Notes under the pieces: generated by a model
What the model was told of the DNA's origin: nothing
Database searches by the model: none
What the model saw: only the letters and a program-made list of their open reading frames with translations
DNA from: Eubacteriales bacterium
GTDB lineage: Bacteria; Bacillota; Clostridia; Peptostreptococcales; T1SED10-28
Length of the DNA stretch: 49,339 bases
Direction of reading: 5' to 3'
NCBI GenBank assembly: GCA_041642335.1
Contig: JBEPWR010000001.1
Span: 1 to 49,339, forward strand
In this document: positions 28,990 through 38,106 of the stretch, piece after piece
Layout: each line of letters begins with the position of its first letter
Position numbering within the stretch: the stretch's first letter is position 1
Program-made: the position numbers and the translations under genes

Positions 28990-29962
28990 AATATCGCTGA
29001 GTTCCGGGGTGTAGCTCTAAAGACATTCCGTCCAGGGCACTTTCCAGACTTACATCGCCACCCCGTGCATGGGCATTTTCAAGATCCTCTAAATTCTCAA
29101 ACAAGGCTTTTGTAACCTCGTATACCAGGTCTTCGGAGAGCTCTGCTCTTACGGTAAGCATTGCCATTACCGCTACTACATCCACTGCTTCGTCCTGATT
29201 CCGGTAAGTTCCAGCTGGGATCTCAACCTGGGCATAGTAGGGGTACTCTGCAATGATCTCATCAATCATCTCTTGAGAAAGAGAAAGCAGCACCACATCA
29301 TGTTGTGTTGAAAGGTCGGTAATTGCTGCAGTTGGAGTTCCTGCGGTTACAAAAGCCGCATCCACATTTCCGTCCCGAAGGTTGTCTGAAGCTTCACTAA
29401 AGGACAAATAGTCCGGAGTAATATCATCATAGGTAAGACCATGGGCTGCTAAAATTTGTCGGGCATTGGCTTCCGTACCACTTCCCGGAGCTCCTACCGC
29501 TACGGTTTTTCCTGCTAAATCCTCAACACTTTCGATACCTGCCCCAGCATCCGCAACAATCTGAATTGTTTCAGGATATAGGGTTGCCAGACCTCGAATG
29601 TTTTCCACGGGATCCTCTTCTCCAAACATTTCAATACCCTCATAGGCATAATAGGAGATATCGTTTTGAACCATGGCAAAATCCACATCACCATCATTTA
29701 ACAGATTGATATTTTCTACAGAGGCTCCTGTAGATTCCGCATTGGCTGTTACGCCGTCAACATTATCCGAAATGATGTTGGCAAAGGCTCCCCCTAGCGG
29801 GAAGTATACTCCGGTCGTACCACCGGTAGCTATGGCTACCCTGTCCGGGCTTTGAGATCCGTCTTCGACATCGCCGTTCTCTTCTTCTCCACAACCTACC
29901 ATAAAAATGGATAATACAAACATGCTGATCAGTAACAAAATTAATATTCTTCGCTTCTTCAT
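28973..29962 (-). CDS. TAXI-family TRAP solute-binding lipoprotein
   Basis: Lipobox MVGC, IATGGTTGVYFPLG, STGASVEN, LYPE, GAPGSGTE, LHPG. Confidence 0.95.
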   Translation of the reverse strand: MKKRRILILLLISMFVLSIFMVGCGEEENGDVEDGSQSPDRVAIATGGTTGVYFPLGGAFANIISDNVDGVTANAESTGASVENINLLNDGDVDFAMVQNDISYYAYEGIEMFGEEDPVENIRGLATLYPETIQIVADAGAGIESVEDLAGKTVAVGAPGSGTEANARQILAAHGLTYDDITPDYLSFSEASDNLRDGNVDAAFVTAGTPTAAITDLSTQHDVVLLSLSQEMIDEIIAEYPYYAQVEIPAGTYRNQDEAVDVVAVMAMLTVRAELSEDLVYEVTKALFENLEDLENAHARGGDVSLESALDGMSLELHPGTQRYFDEME

Positions 29963-30025
29963 GAATTTCACTCCTCCTTAGATAAATTACTTGCACAGAA
30001 CAAGAAAAAATAATACTGTACTTTC

Positions 30026-30078
30026 ATTATATCCACGACGACGATAAAACCGACGAGAAACTACAAAATCCTACACAG
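30026..30078 (-). promoter_or_regulatory. TAXI operon promoter with phased direct repeats
   Basis: TATAAT at 30031-30026 without a consensus -35; CTGTGT-AGGA-TTTTGT-AGTT-TCTCGT at 10-bp period on the minus strand. Confidence 0.55.
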
Positions 30079-30140
30079 AATAGTTCAAAAAGTTTAAATT
30101 GTCTGAATAAGTTGCTGTGATGACTTACTTATGTTGCCTT

Positions 30141-31085
30141 TTACAAATCCTCCTGCTTCACTTCCCTCAGCATGCCTTCTAAAAACCGTTTGATATTGAT
30201 CTTCGGTTTTTTATCTGTCTCTCCCCGAATTCTCAGCATCTCCCCCCGAATCGTTGAAAAGTCGAATAACCGATGGCCGAAGCGTTCGAATTTCGGATGA
30301 TGGTAATCTTCAATCCCCAGATTGGCAAGATTACTTAAGGCATATTCTATCGTCCGGCGCATTCTTCTTTCAATCGCCTTTTCACTGCGGGCCACATCTT
30401 TATTCCCTTTTTTTTCGTAGTTCAAGCCGATTTTTTCATATAGGCCTTTGAGGTTTTGCAGCAGCTTAATATCTTCCGGATATTGTAACACCGAGAGAAT
30501 ACTCATCGCTTCAAGAAGATCACTGCTGCCGCTTTGGCTTAATATTCCAAGATCCATAATAATATTTTCCGCAATCCCATTGAATCTTTTGCTTTTTACT
30601 AGACTTCCCGATGATCCCTTTGGACCATACCTAGAAGAATGGTTGCTGCTTTCTTGGCTGTTAAAGAAAACTTGCAGATTCTGAAAAGTTTTTTCCAATC
30701 CTTTATAGCGGAGGATCTTTTTTACCACATGACAGACTTCTTCTTTGTTAATGGGTTTGTGAATATAAAATTCCACCCCGGCCAGATAGGCTTCCCGGAC
30801 CATCATTTTATCGGTAATTTTCGACAAAAGAACAAAGGAACCTCCGTATCCGGAATTTCGAAGCTTCTTTATGGTCTCTATCCCGTCCAGTTCGGGCATT
30901 AAAAGATCAATCATCACAAGGGTCGGCTTTAGATCCAGTACAAGGTCCACCGCCTCTATTCCGTCCCGGGCTTCGCCAATCACCTGACCAATGCCTTCTT
31001 CTTCGATAATATTGGAAATCATTCTTCGAACACCGGAATCATCGTCCACTACCAGTATTTTATTTTCATCCTTCACTGTCATCAC
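30141..31085 (-). CDS. GlnL/YcbB-like response regulator
   Basis: REC domain (VVDDD, IDLLMPELDG, KP) plus YcbB-type C-terminus (DLGI...GS.DL, KAIERRMRR, LANLGIEDY, LFDF). Confidence 0.88.
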   Translation of the reverse strand: MMTVKDENKILVVDDDSGVRRMISNIIEEEGIGQVIGEARDGIEAVDLVLDLKPTLVMIDLLMPELDGIETIKKLRNSGYGGSFVLLSKITDKMMVREAYLAGVEFYIHKPINKEEVCHVVKKILRYKGLEKTFQNLQVFFNSQESSNHSSRYGPKGSSGSLVKSKRFNGIAENIIMDLGILSQSGSSDLLEAMSILSVLQYPEDIKLLQNLKGLYEKIGLNYEKKGNKDVARSEKAIERRMRRTIEYALSNLANLGIEDYHHPKFERFGHRLFDFSTIRGEMLRIRGETDKKPKINIKRFLEGMLREVKQEDL

Positions 31086-32355
31086 CTCGAATTACGTTTT
31101 GTTGATCCGCCTTGACCATAAAGGTCGTCCCTTTTCCTTTTTCACTGGAAACCTCGATTGTTCCATTAAAAAATTCCACTAAGTTCTCCACATGGGAAAG
31201 TCCCAGTCCGTTGGAGTAGCAACCGGAAGCTTCATCGAGCTTATTGGAAAATCCCGGTACGAATATATGATTTACATCTTTTGAAGAAATTCCGCTGCCA
31301 TTATCCCTGATCGTTAAAATCACTTCCTTCCCCTGCTTTTTAAGATCCACGTGGATATTTCCTCTGCGAACAATCGCCTCCACCGCATTTGCAATGAGGT
31401 TGTTTAGAATCGAGGTCCATACCAGAGGATCCTTCGGATGAAAGTCCAATTCCAGGTTTTTTGTGAAATGAATATGTTTATCCAGATCCTGGCTCTAGGT
31501 CTGATGTACTTTGACCGATAAATCCAGAATTTCGGAAAAAGTGTACTCCGTACGTTCCGGGGTCTTCAAAAGTTTTTTCAGCCCTGTATTGATACGGGTA
31601 TAATCATGTTTCATTTCATGCATCATTCGTGAAATATGCAGCGCTTTTTTACCCAGCTCCCGCTCATTCTTCTCCATCAGGGATTTATATATGTCATAAC
31701 TCTCTTTTGTCAAACCCTCCAGGTCCCGGGAGGATTTCTGAAGATAAAAAACCTCGGCCTGCAAGGAGCTCGTTAATAGTACCAACTCCTCAAACTTGCC
31801 CTTTTCCACCCTTCGCATCAACCGTAAACGCTGATTTTGTGTGGTGGAGTAGAGGCCCGTTACAAAAAACATTCGGAGCATACCGATAATCAGTAAACTA
31901 AGAAGGTGCATAAAAAAGGAGGACCCCCCGATAAATTCCCGCAGGATTAAAAATCGAAGCCCTATCTCGAACAGATTGGATGCAAAGTCGATAAACCCCA
32001 GGGCTACCCCCCGGTGAATCGGATGATTTTCCAGGGTAAGGACATTGGAATATTTCAGTAACACCGCAAAAAACGTATAATACAGTGACCCCGGAATATG
32101 ATCCAGAAAGGCCGCCGCTACACTAAGCTCCCCGGTCCATACACTGATGGAAGTTCGAAAGCCCAGAATCGCTACCGATACCAGTATTCCGGTCAGAAGG
32201 ACCGGAATCTTCTTTTTATATAAGCAACCCATGGCAAACACAATAACACCAAGACCGATTCGAAAGGTTGTATCAAAGGGATGCACCCTTAGCTGTGCGG
32301 CAAATACGGTAATAATGACAAGAAGCAGGACATCCTTCAGGACTTTTTTATTCAT
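31066..32355 (-). pseudogene. GlnK/YcbA-like sensor histidine kinase interrupted by an in-frame TAG (31497-31495)
   Basis: The two track ORFs share one frame: ...MHEMKHD...KVHQT*SQDLDKHIHF...SILNNLIANAVEA..DNGSG..F.PGFS.K..GLGL. Confidence 0.85.
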
Positions 32356-32420
32356 TGTGTTTCTCCTATTCCAGAGATTTTTTTGATTTTTCAATATATT
32401 GTACTATTTTATCTCTTATT

Positions 32421-32456
32421 AAAAAAAAAGGCAAGGGAACAAAGTCCCTGCCTTTT
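32421..32456 (-). terminator. Terminator after nifJ
   Basis: AAAAGGCA-GGGA / TCCC-TGCCTTTT with a T-run on the minus strand. Confidence 0.8.
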
Positions 32457-32485
32457 GGTAATTTCTCTGAATTTTTTATTGCTCT

Positions 32486-35400
32486 TTAGGATTGTTCCGA
32501 TAACTTTTTGTAGGTTTGATATCTTTCCATCGCTTCTTCCTCGGAACGCTTAAACAATTCCTCTGCAACCTCGGGGAAGGTCTTGGTTAAGGATGAATAT
32601 CGAACCTCACTCATCAGGAAGTCCCGGAAGGATTTGGTAGGCTCTTTGGAATCCAGTACAAATGGATTCTTACCCTGGTCCTTAAGCACCGGATTGAATC
32701 GGTAAAGGTGCCAGTACCCTGCTTCCACCGCGTCTTTTTGCTGTCTTTGCGTAGTTCCCATACCGCTTTTGATTCCGTGAGCGATACATGGGGAATAGGC
32801 AATGATTAAGGATGGTCCGTCATAAGCTTCCGCTTCTTTAATGGCTTTTAATGCCTGATTTTTATCGGAGCCCATGGCGATCTGTGCAACGTAGACATAT
32901 CCGTAATTTGTTGCCATTAAGCCAAGATCTTTTTTCTTCGTCTTCTTACCGGATGCTGCAAACTTTGCAACCGCTGCTGTTGGCGAGGCTTTTGAAGACT
33001 GTCCGCCGGTATTGGAGTACACTTCGGTATCCACTACCAATACGTTAACGTCTTCACCGGATGCCAGTACATGATCCAATCCGCCGTAGCCGATATCATA
33101 TGCCCATCCGTCTCCACCAAGAATCCACTGGGAATTCTTAATCAGATAGTTTTTCTTCTCAAGAATTTCTGCAACTTCCGCTACGTCCTTTTCTTTTTCA
33201 AGAAGTGGCAGCATTTCAATGGTGGCTTCCTTGGATCCTTTTCCGTCTTCTTTCTTATCCAACCATTTATGGAAAGCTTTTTCCAGTTCCTCAGACACAT
33301 CGGCTTCCTTCATCAGGTCTTCAATCTTATCCCGAATCTGCATTGCCGCAAGTTTCATTCCATAGCCGTACTCTGCATTATCTTCAAATAAAGAGTTTGC
33401 CCAGGCAGGACCTTGTCCGTCTTCATTCTGGCAGTATGGTACGGATGGTGCGCTTCCTCCATAGATTGAAGAACAACCGGTGGCATTGGCGATAACCATT
33501 CGATCACCGAAAAGTTGGGTAATCAACTTCACATAAGGAGTCTCCCCACAACCGGCACAGGCTCCGGAGAATTCAAAGAGTGGCTTCTTAAACTGTGATC
33601 CTTTAAGATTTTCCGTATTGGTTAAGTGTGCCCGATTCTCTAGGGACATAGCATAATCCCAGTTCTCTTTTTCCTTAGCCGCCTGCTCTTCCATCGGCTC
33701 CATAACCAGGGCCTTTCCTTTTGGTGCAGGACAGACTTCTACACAGTTTCCGCATCCGGTACAGTCCAGAGGCGACACTTGAATTTTGTATTCATATTCG
33801 GCGAATTCTTTACCCATCGCCTTTAAGGTTTCCATTTCCTGTGGTGCATTTTTTCGTTCTTCTTCTGTAAGAATTATCGGACGAATAACCGCGTGAGGAC
33901 AAACATAGGCACATTGATTACACTGAATACACTTATCTTTTTGCCATTCCGGAACGTTTACGGCAATTCCCCGTTTTTCGTACTGGGTAGTTCCCAGTGG
34001 GAAGGTACCGTCTGCCCGATCTGCAAAAGCACTGACGGGAAGTTCATCTCCCTTTTGTGCATTCATCGGCTCTAGAATATCCGTGATAAATGCCGGTTTT
34101 TTGCCGGATGTTCCTTGGCTTGATCCGGTTTCAGACCAGTCATTGATAAGGTCTTTTTCGATTTTCACAAGGGCATTCATCCCTTCATCCACGGCTTTCT
34201 GGTTCATTTCCACAATTTTTTCACCCTTGGATCCATAGGCTTTTACAATCGCTTTTTTAAGGAACTCTGCGGCTTCGTCTACGTCAATAACCTTAGAGAG
34301 CTTAAAGAATGCGGACTGCATTACCATATTGATTCGATTTCCAAGACCGATATCCTGAGCAATCTTGGTACCGTTTAGGGTGTAGAAATTGATATCATTT
34401 TCCTTAATATAGTTTTTAATATTTGCCGGCAGTTTCTCATCCAATTCTTCCGGTGACCATATACAGTTCAACAGGAAGGTTCCGCCTTTTTTCAGACCCT
34501 TTAATAAATCATACTGATTTACATAGGCCTGGTTGTGACAGGCGATATAATCGGCCTCATCGATTAAATAGGTGGACCGGATCGGTTCGTCTCCGAATCT
34601 TAAGTGAGAAACCGTAACCCCGCCGGATTTTTTGGAATCGTAGGAGAAGTAGGCCTGGGCATACTTATCGGTATTCTCTCCGATAATCTTAATCGCTTCT
34701 TTGTTTGCTCCTACGGTACCGTCGGATCCAAGTCCCCAGAACTTACATCGGATGGTTCCTTCGGGTTCGGTTACAATTTTATCTTCCATGTCTAGACTAA
34801 GGTGGGTTACGTCATCCTTGATTCCTACGGTAAAGCCGTTTTTCGGCGTCTCTTTGGTTAAATTGTCAAATACCGCTTTGATCTGGCTTGGAGTAGTATC
34901 TTTAGAGCCGAGTCCATATCTTCCGCCAACAATCATCGGGCGGTCTTCTTTTGTATAGAACACGCTTTGGATGTCCTGGTATAAGGGTTCTCCTAAAGAA
35001 CCGGGTTCTTTTGTCCGGTCCATTACCGCAATCTTCTTTACGGTACTTGGGAATACATCAAAGAAATACTTTGCTGAGAAGGGTCGGTAAAGGTGCACTT
35101 TAATTACTCCGACTTTCTCGCCTTTTTCCATTAGATAGTCCACGGTTTCTTCAATGGTTTCCGTTACGGAACCCATCGCGATAACGATTCGTTCTGCATC
35201 TTCCGCGCCGTAATAGGTAAAGGGTTTATAGTCCCGTCCGGTTTTTTCACTGATTTTTTCCATAAAGCCGTTTACTACATCGGGTAAGTCGGTATAGTAA
35301 GGGTTTGATGCTTCCTTGGCTTGGAAAAACACATCGGGATTTTGGGCGGTTCCCCGAAGAACCGGGCTTTGCGGATTTAAGGATTTGTTTCTGAAGGCGC

Positions 35401-36001
35401 TGATTTTTTCCTTGTTTACCAGCGATTCCAACTCATCGTATTCAAGAAGTTCCACTTTCTGCATTTCATGAGAGGTTCTGAAACCGTCAAAGAAATGAAC
35501 AAAGGGTACACTGGACTCAATTGCCGCTAAGTGGGCAATTCCCCCAAGGTCAATCACTTCCTGGACGCTTCCTGATGCAAGCATCGCACATCCCGTTTGC
35601 CGTGTTGCCATAACATCTGAGTGATCTCCGAAAATCGATAAGGCATGTCCTGCTACTGCTCTTGCACTTACATGAAATACCCCGGGCAATAATTCCCCGG
35701 CGATTTTATACATATTGGGAACCATCAGCAGTAACCCTTGAGATGCGGTGTAGGTTGTGGTAAGAGCTCCTCCCTGTAGGGATCCGTGAACCGCTCCTGC
35801 GGCCCCGCCTTCAGACTGCAGTTCGGAAACCCGTACCTGTTGTCCGAAAATGTTCTTTTTGCCATTGGCACTCCACTCATCCACATTTTCTGCCATGTTT
35901 GATGAAGGGGTAATCGGATAGATTGCGGCCACGTCGGTAAACGCATAGGATACATAAGAAGCGGCTGCATTACCATCCATCGTTTGTGTTCTTCTTTTCA
36001 T
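32486..36001 (-). CDS. nifJ: Pyruvate:ferredoxin (flavodoxin) oxidoreductase
   Basis: YPITPSS, CIQCNQC, DCTGCGNC, GACAGCGE, GGDGWAYDIG; RBS favours ATG at 36001. Confidence 0.98.
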   Translation of the reverse strand: MKRRTQTMDGNAAASYVSYAFTDVAAIYPITPSSNMAENVDEWSANGKKNIFGQQVRVSELQSEGGAAGAVHGSLQGGALTTTYTASQGLLLMVPNMYKIAGELLPGVFHVSARAVAGHALSIFGDHSDVMATRQTGCAMLASGSVQEVIDLGGIAHLAAIESSVPFVHFFDGFRTSHEMQKVELLEYDELESLVNKEKISAFRNKSLNPQSPVLRGTAQNPDVFFQAKEASNPYYTDLPDVVNGFMEKISEKTGRDYKPFTYYGAEDAERIVIAMGSVTETIEETVDYLMEKGEKVGVIKVHLYRPFSAKYFFDVFPSTVKKIAVMDRTKEPGSLGEPLYQDIQSVFYTKEDRPMIVGGRYGLGSKDTTPSQIKAVFDNLTKETPKNGFTVGIKDDVTHLSLDMEDKIVTEPEGTIRCKFWGLGSDGTVGANKEAIKIIGENTDKYAQAYFSYDSKKSGGVTVSHLRFGDEPIRSTYLIDEADYIACHNQAYVNQYDLLKGLKKGGTFLLNCIWSPEELDEKLPANIKNYIKENDINFYTLNGTKIAQDIGLGNRINMVMQSAFFKLSKVIDVDEAAEFLKKAIVKAYGSKGEKIVEMNQKAVDEGMNALVKIEKDLINDWSETGSSQGTSGKKPAFITDILEPMNAQKGDELPVSAFADRADGTFPLGTTQYEKRGIAVNVPEWQKDKCIQCNQCAYVCPHAVIRPIILTEEERKNAPQEMETLKAMGKEFAEYEYKIQVSPLDCTGCGNCVEVCPAPKGKALVMEPMEEQAAKEKENWDYAMSLENRAHLTNTENLKGSQFKKPLFEFSGACAGCGETPYVKLITQLFGDRMVIANATGCSSIYGGSAPSVPYCQNEDGQGPAWANSLFEDNAEYGYGMKLAAMQIRDKIEDLMKEADVSEELEKAFHKWLDKKEDGKGSKEATIEMLPLLEKEKDVAEVAEILEKKNYLIKNSQWILGGDGWAYDIGYGGLDHVLASGEDVNVLVVDTEVYSNTGGQSSKASPTAAVAKFAASGKKTKKKDLGLMATNYGYVYVAQIAMGSDKNQALKAIKEAEAYDGPSLIIAYSPCIAHGIKSGMGTTQRQQKDAVEAGYWHLYRFNPVLKDQGKNPFVLDSKEPTKSFRDFLMSEVRYSSLTKTFPEVAEELFKRSEEEAMERYQTYKKLSEQS

Positions 36002-36292
36002 TTTCATTCCTCCCTTTATATAATATTGATGTACTTTTAACAAATCAAAGAAAGTTTTTTATGAACTTGCACATATTATTATTATAGTAAAAAAAACGAT
36101 CTTTTTATAGGGGGAATTTGTGTAAACCTTAAAAATTTTTAGCACTCTTCAGATTTCAATCCATCAATTATCCTTACCATCGTTGAAATTGGCAGGTTCT
36201 TTTTCCTGTGGGATCACCTGTTGACTTTGCTTTTATTATGGATTCCACCACCTTTTTTGTGCCTGTGTTTTTTTTGTTTTTTCCCAAACCCC

Positions 36293-36360
36293 TTTTGTTA
36301 AAATTTCTTCCCTCCCTTTTGTTAAATTTTGTTGAATTTTGTCGTAATTACGGCTATACT
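36293..36360 (+). promoter_or_regulatory. Phased TTTTGT repeats and -10 element upstream of the orphan kinase
   Basis: TTTTGT at 36317, 36327 and 36337 (N4 spacers) plus 36293; TATACT at 36355-36360. Confidence 0.6.
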
Positions 36361-36383
36361 TAAGCCTAAAGACATTTCAATAA

Positions 36384-38030
36384 TTGAAGGATGTGAACCC
36401 TGTGAAAAAAATTCTATACTTGATAAAGGATAAACGCCCCTTGCAGATTCGCCTGCTGGCGCTTTTTTTAATATTGATTTATCTTCCGATTTTATTTAAT
36501 GTTTTTTTTATTCAACGACAAACCGTAAGCGCCGTTAAAGAAGATAAACTGGTAAGCATTGAAGAATCCCTGAAAAGAACCGGTGATTCCATTGATCAAA
36601 CCGCTGTAACGATGGGAAAACTCCTCGAAGAGCGGTCGAACCAACCGGGTATTCAAAAAGGGGTGGAGGATTATCACATACTTCCGGAACAGGCGCAGGC
36701 AAATTTCCAGGATTATATGAACCGACAGCTTTCGGATATCGACAATGCTTCGGTCTATGTACGACAGAGCAGTATCTTTACCTTGGAAGGGGATCGGTTC
36801 GTTACGGAAGGTGTCTGGCACGAGAATTTTGCGGAAACCGCATTTTATCAGGACCTTCTAGCCGAGTCATTAGAGGATGGCTGGCATTTTTTACCCTTTG
36901 AGGAGGTTCACCCTCCGGAGTATATTGAACAGTCCGACGATCCTTCGGTGCATCCCCAAAGCCTGCTCTATGTCCAAAGCCTTCAAAATCTTGAGGGCAA
37001 TGCACTGGTCGGCTATATGGTCTCCATCATTGATCAAAACAGCTTTTCCGAGCTTTATGATAATGTTTTTATCGGCGAAGGTGGGGATGTAAGCCTATGG
37101 AGTGATCAAGCCCAAAGTTTTCTTATGGAGGATTCGAATTCTATCCCCGAGGATCTTCGCACTAAAATTTTCGAGTCGGAAAACTTCATGACAGCGGACG
37201 TGGATGGCGAATCCATCACCTACTACGATGTTTTGCTTGATTCCTTCCCGGGACGGTTGACCGCAAGGATTCCGGAATCTACGCTGACCCAGTCTATTGA
37301 AGGGCCCCTGCGGCTAAATCTCTACCTGATGATTCTTATCAGTACTTTAATATCCGTTTGGGTTTTTGTGGAAATCATTATCATTTCCAATATCGCCACG
37401 GAAAAAGAAACTGCCAGCTATCGCTTAACCTTAAGCGAAGAGCTCAATGAGAAACTGAGAATGTACAAACACGATTTCTCCAATCACTTGCAGATCATTC
37501 AGGGACTTATCCAGCTTGGTCATGGAGACCGGGCCTTGAAATATCTCAATAAAATTTCCGGTCAGGGAAAAATGATTTATGATACCTATGAAATCGGCAT
37601 CCCGGAACTTGAAGTCGTGATGTATGATGCTTTACTGCAGGCCAAAGAACGGGATGTTGAAGTTCATATTCAAACCTCTGAGCTTCCATCATCGATCCCG
37701 ATCAATATTTATGACTTGGTCAAGGCCTTAAGCAATTTAATTAAAAATGCCTTCGAGGCCATGGAGCCTTATCCCGATAAACACCGGGTCTTGTCGATCA
37801 AGCTTTTTGAAGAGAAGGAGGCTTATGTCTTTAAGATCAGCAACAATCTGCCCTTGATTCCGAAGGAAGATCAAAACCGGATTTTCGAAAAAGGTTTTAC
37901 CACCAAAAAAACCGGTGACGGGTTCGGCTTATATATGGTTCAGGATCTGGTTGAAAAGCATCAGGGCTCCATCGATTTAGTCGTAGACGATGAAGGGAAT
38001 CATTTCTATTTACGATTTCCAAAAGAATAA
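36384..38030 (+). CDS. Orphan sensor histidine kinase (extracellular sensor, Spo0B-like H-box, GHKL)
   Basis: Two TM helices, YKHDFSNHLQII, NLIKNAFEA, IFEKGFTTK, GFGL; start may be GTG 36402. Confidence 0.9.
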   Translation: MKDVNPVKKILYLIKDKRPLQIRLLALFLILIYLPILFNVFFIQRQTVSAVKEDKLVSIEESLKRTGDSIDQTAVTMGKLLEERSNQPGIQKGVEDYHILPEQAQANFQDYMNRQLSDIDNASVYVRQSSIFTLEGDRFVTEGVWHENFAETAFYQDLLAESLEDGWHFLPFEEVHPPEYIEQSDDPSVHPQSLLYVQSLQNLEGNALVGYMVSIIDQNSFSELYDNVFIGEGGDVSLWSDQAQSFLMEDSNSIPEDLRTKIFESENFMTADVDGESITYYDVLLDSFPGRLTARIPESTLTQSIEGPLRLNLYLMILISTLISVWVFVEIIIISNIATEKETASYRLTLSEELNEKLRMYKHDFSNHLQIIQGLIQLGHGDRALKYLNKISGQGKMIYDTYEIGIPELEVVMYDALLQAKERDVEVHIQTSELPSSIPINIYDLVKALSNLIKNAFEAMEPYPDKHRVLSIKLFEEKEAYVFKISNNLPLIPKEDQNRIFEKGFTTKKTGDGFGLYMVQDLVEKHQGSIDLVVDDEGNHFYLRFPKE

Positions 38031-38050
38031 TTCTAAATTAAAAAACAGAA

Positions 38051-38106
38051 GGATAAACCCCAAGAGCTGCCGGACCCGAAAGGTCGGCAACTCTTGGGGT
38101 TTATCC
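38051..38106. terminator. Long hairpin between convergent genes
   Basis: GGATAAACCCCAAGAG-CTGCCG...CGGCA-ACTCTTGGGGTTTATCC with a GAAA loop. Confidence 0.8.

Noticed and set aside
31495-31497. Pyrrolysine codon as the main explanation
   Set aside because: The position appears to be Tyr in homologues (from recall), no pyl genes are in the window, and a point mutation is simpler.
36118-36135. Rex box upstream of nifJ (TTGTGTAAACCTTAAAAA)
   Set aside because: Plausible biologically, but two or more mismatches in AT-rich DNA; cannot be supported without a matrix scan.
36140-36290. Riboswitch such as c-di-GMP-I between nifJ and the kinase
   Set aside because: A GCAAAG word is present on the minus strand, but I could not build the conserved stems.
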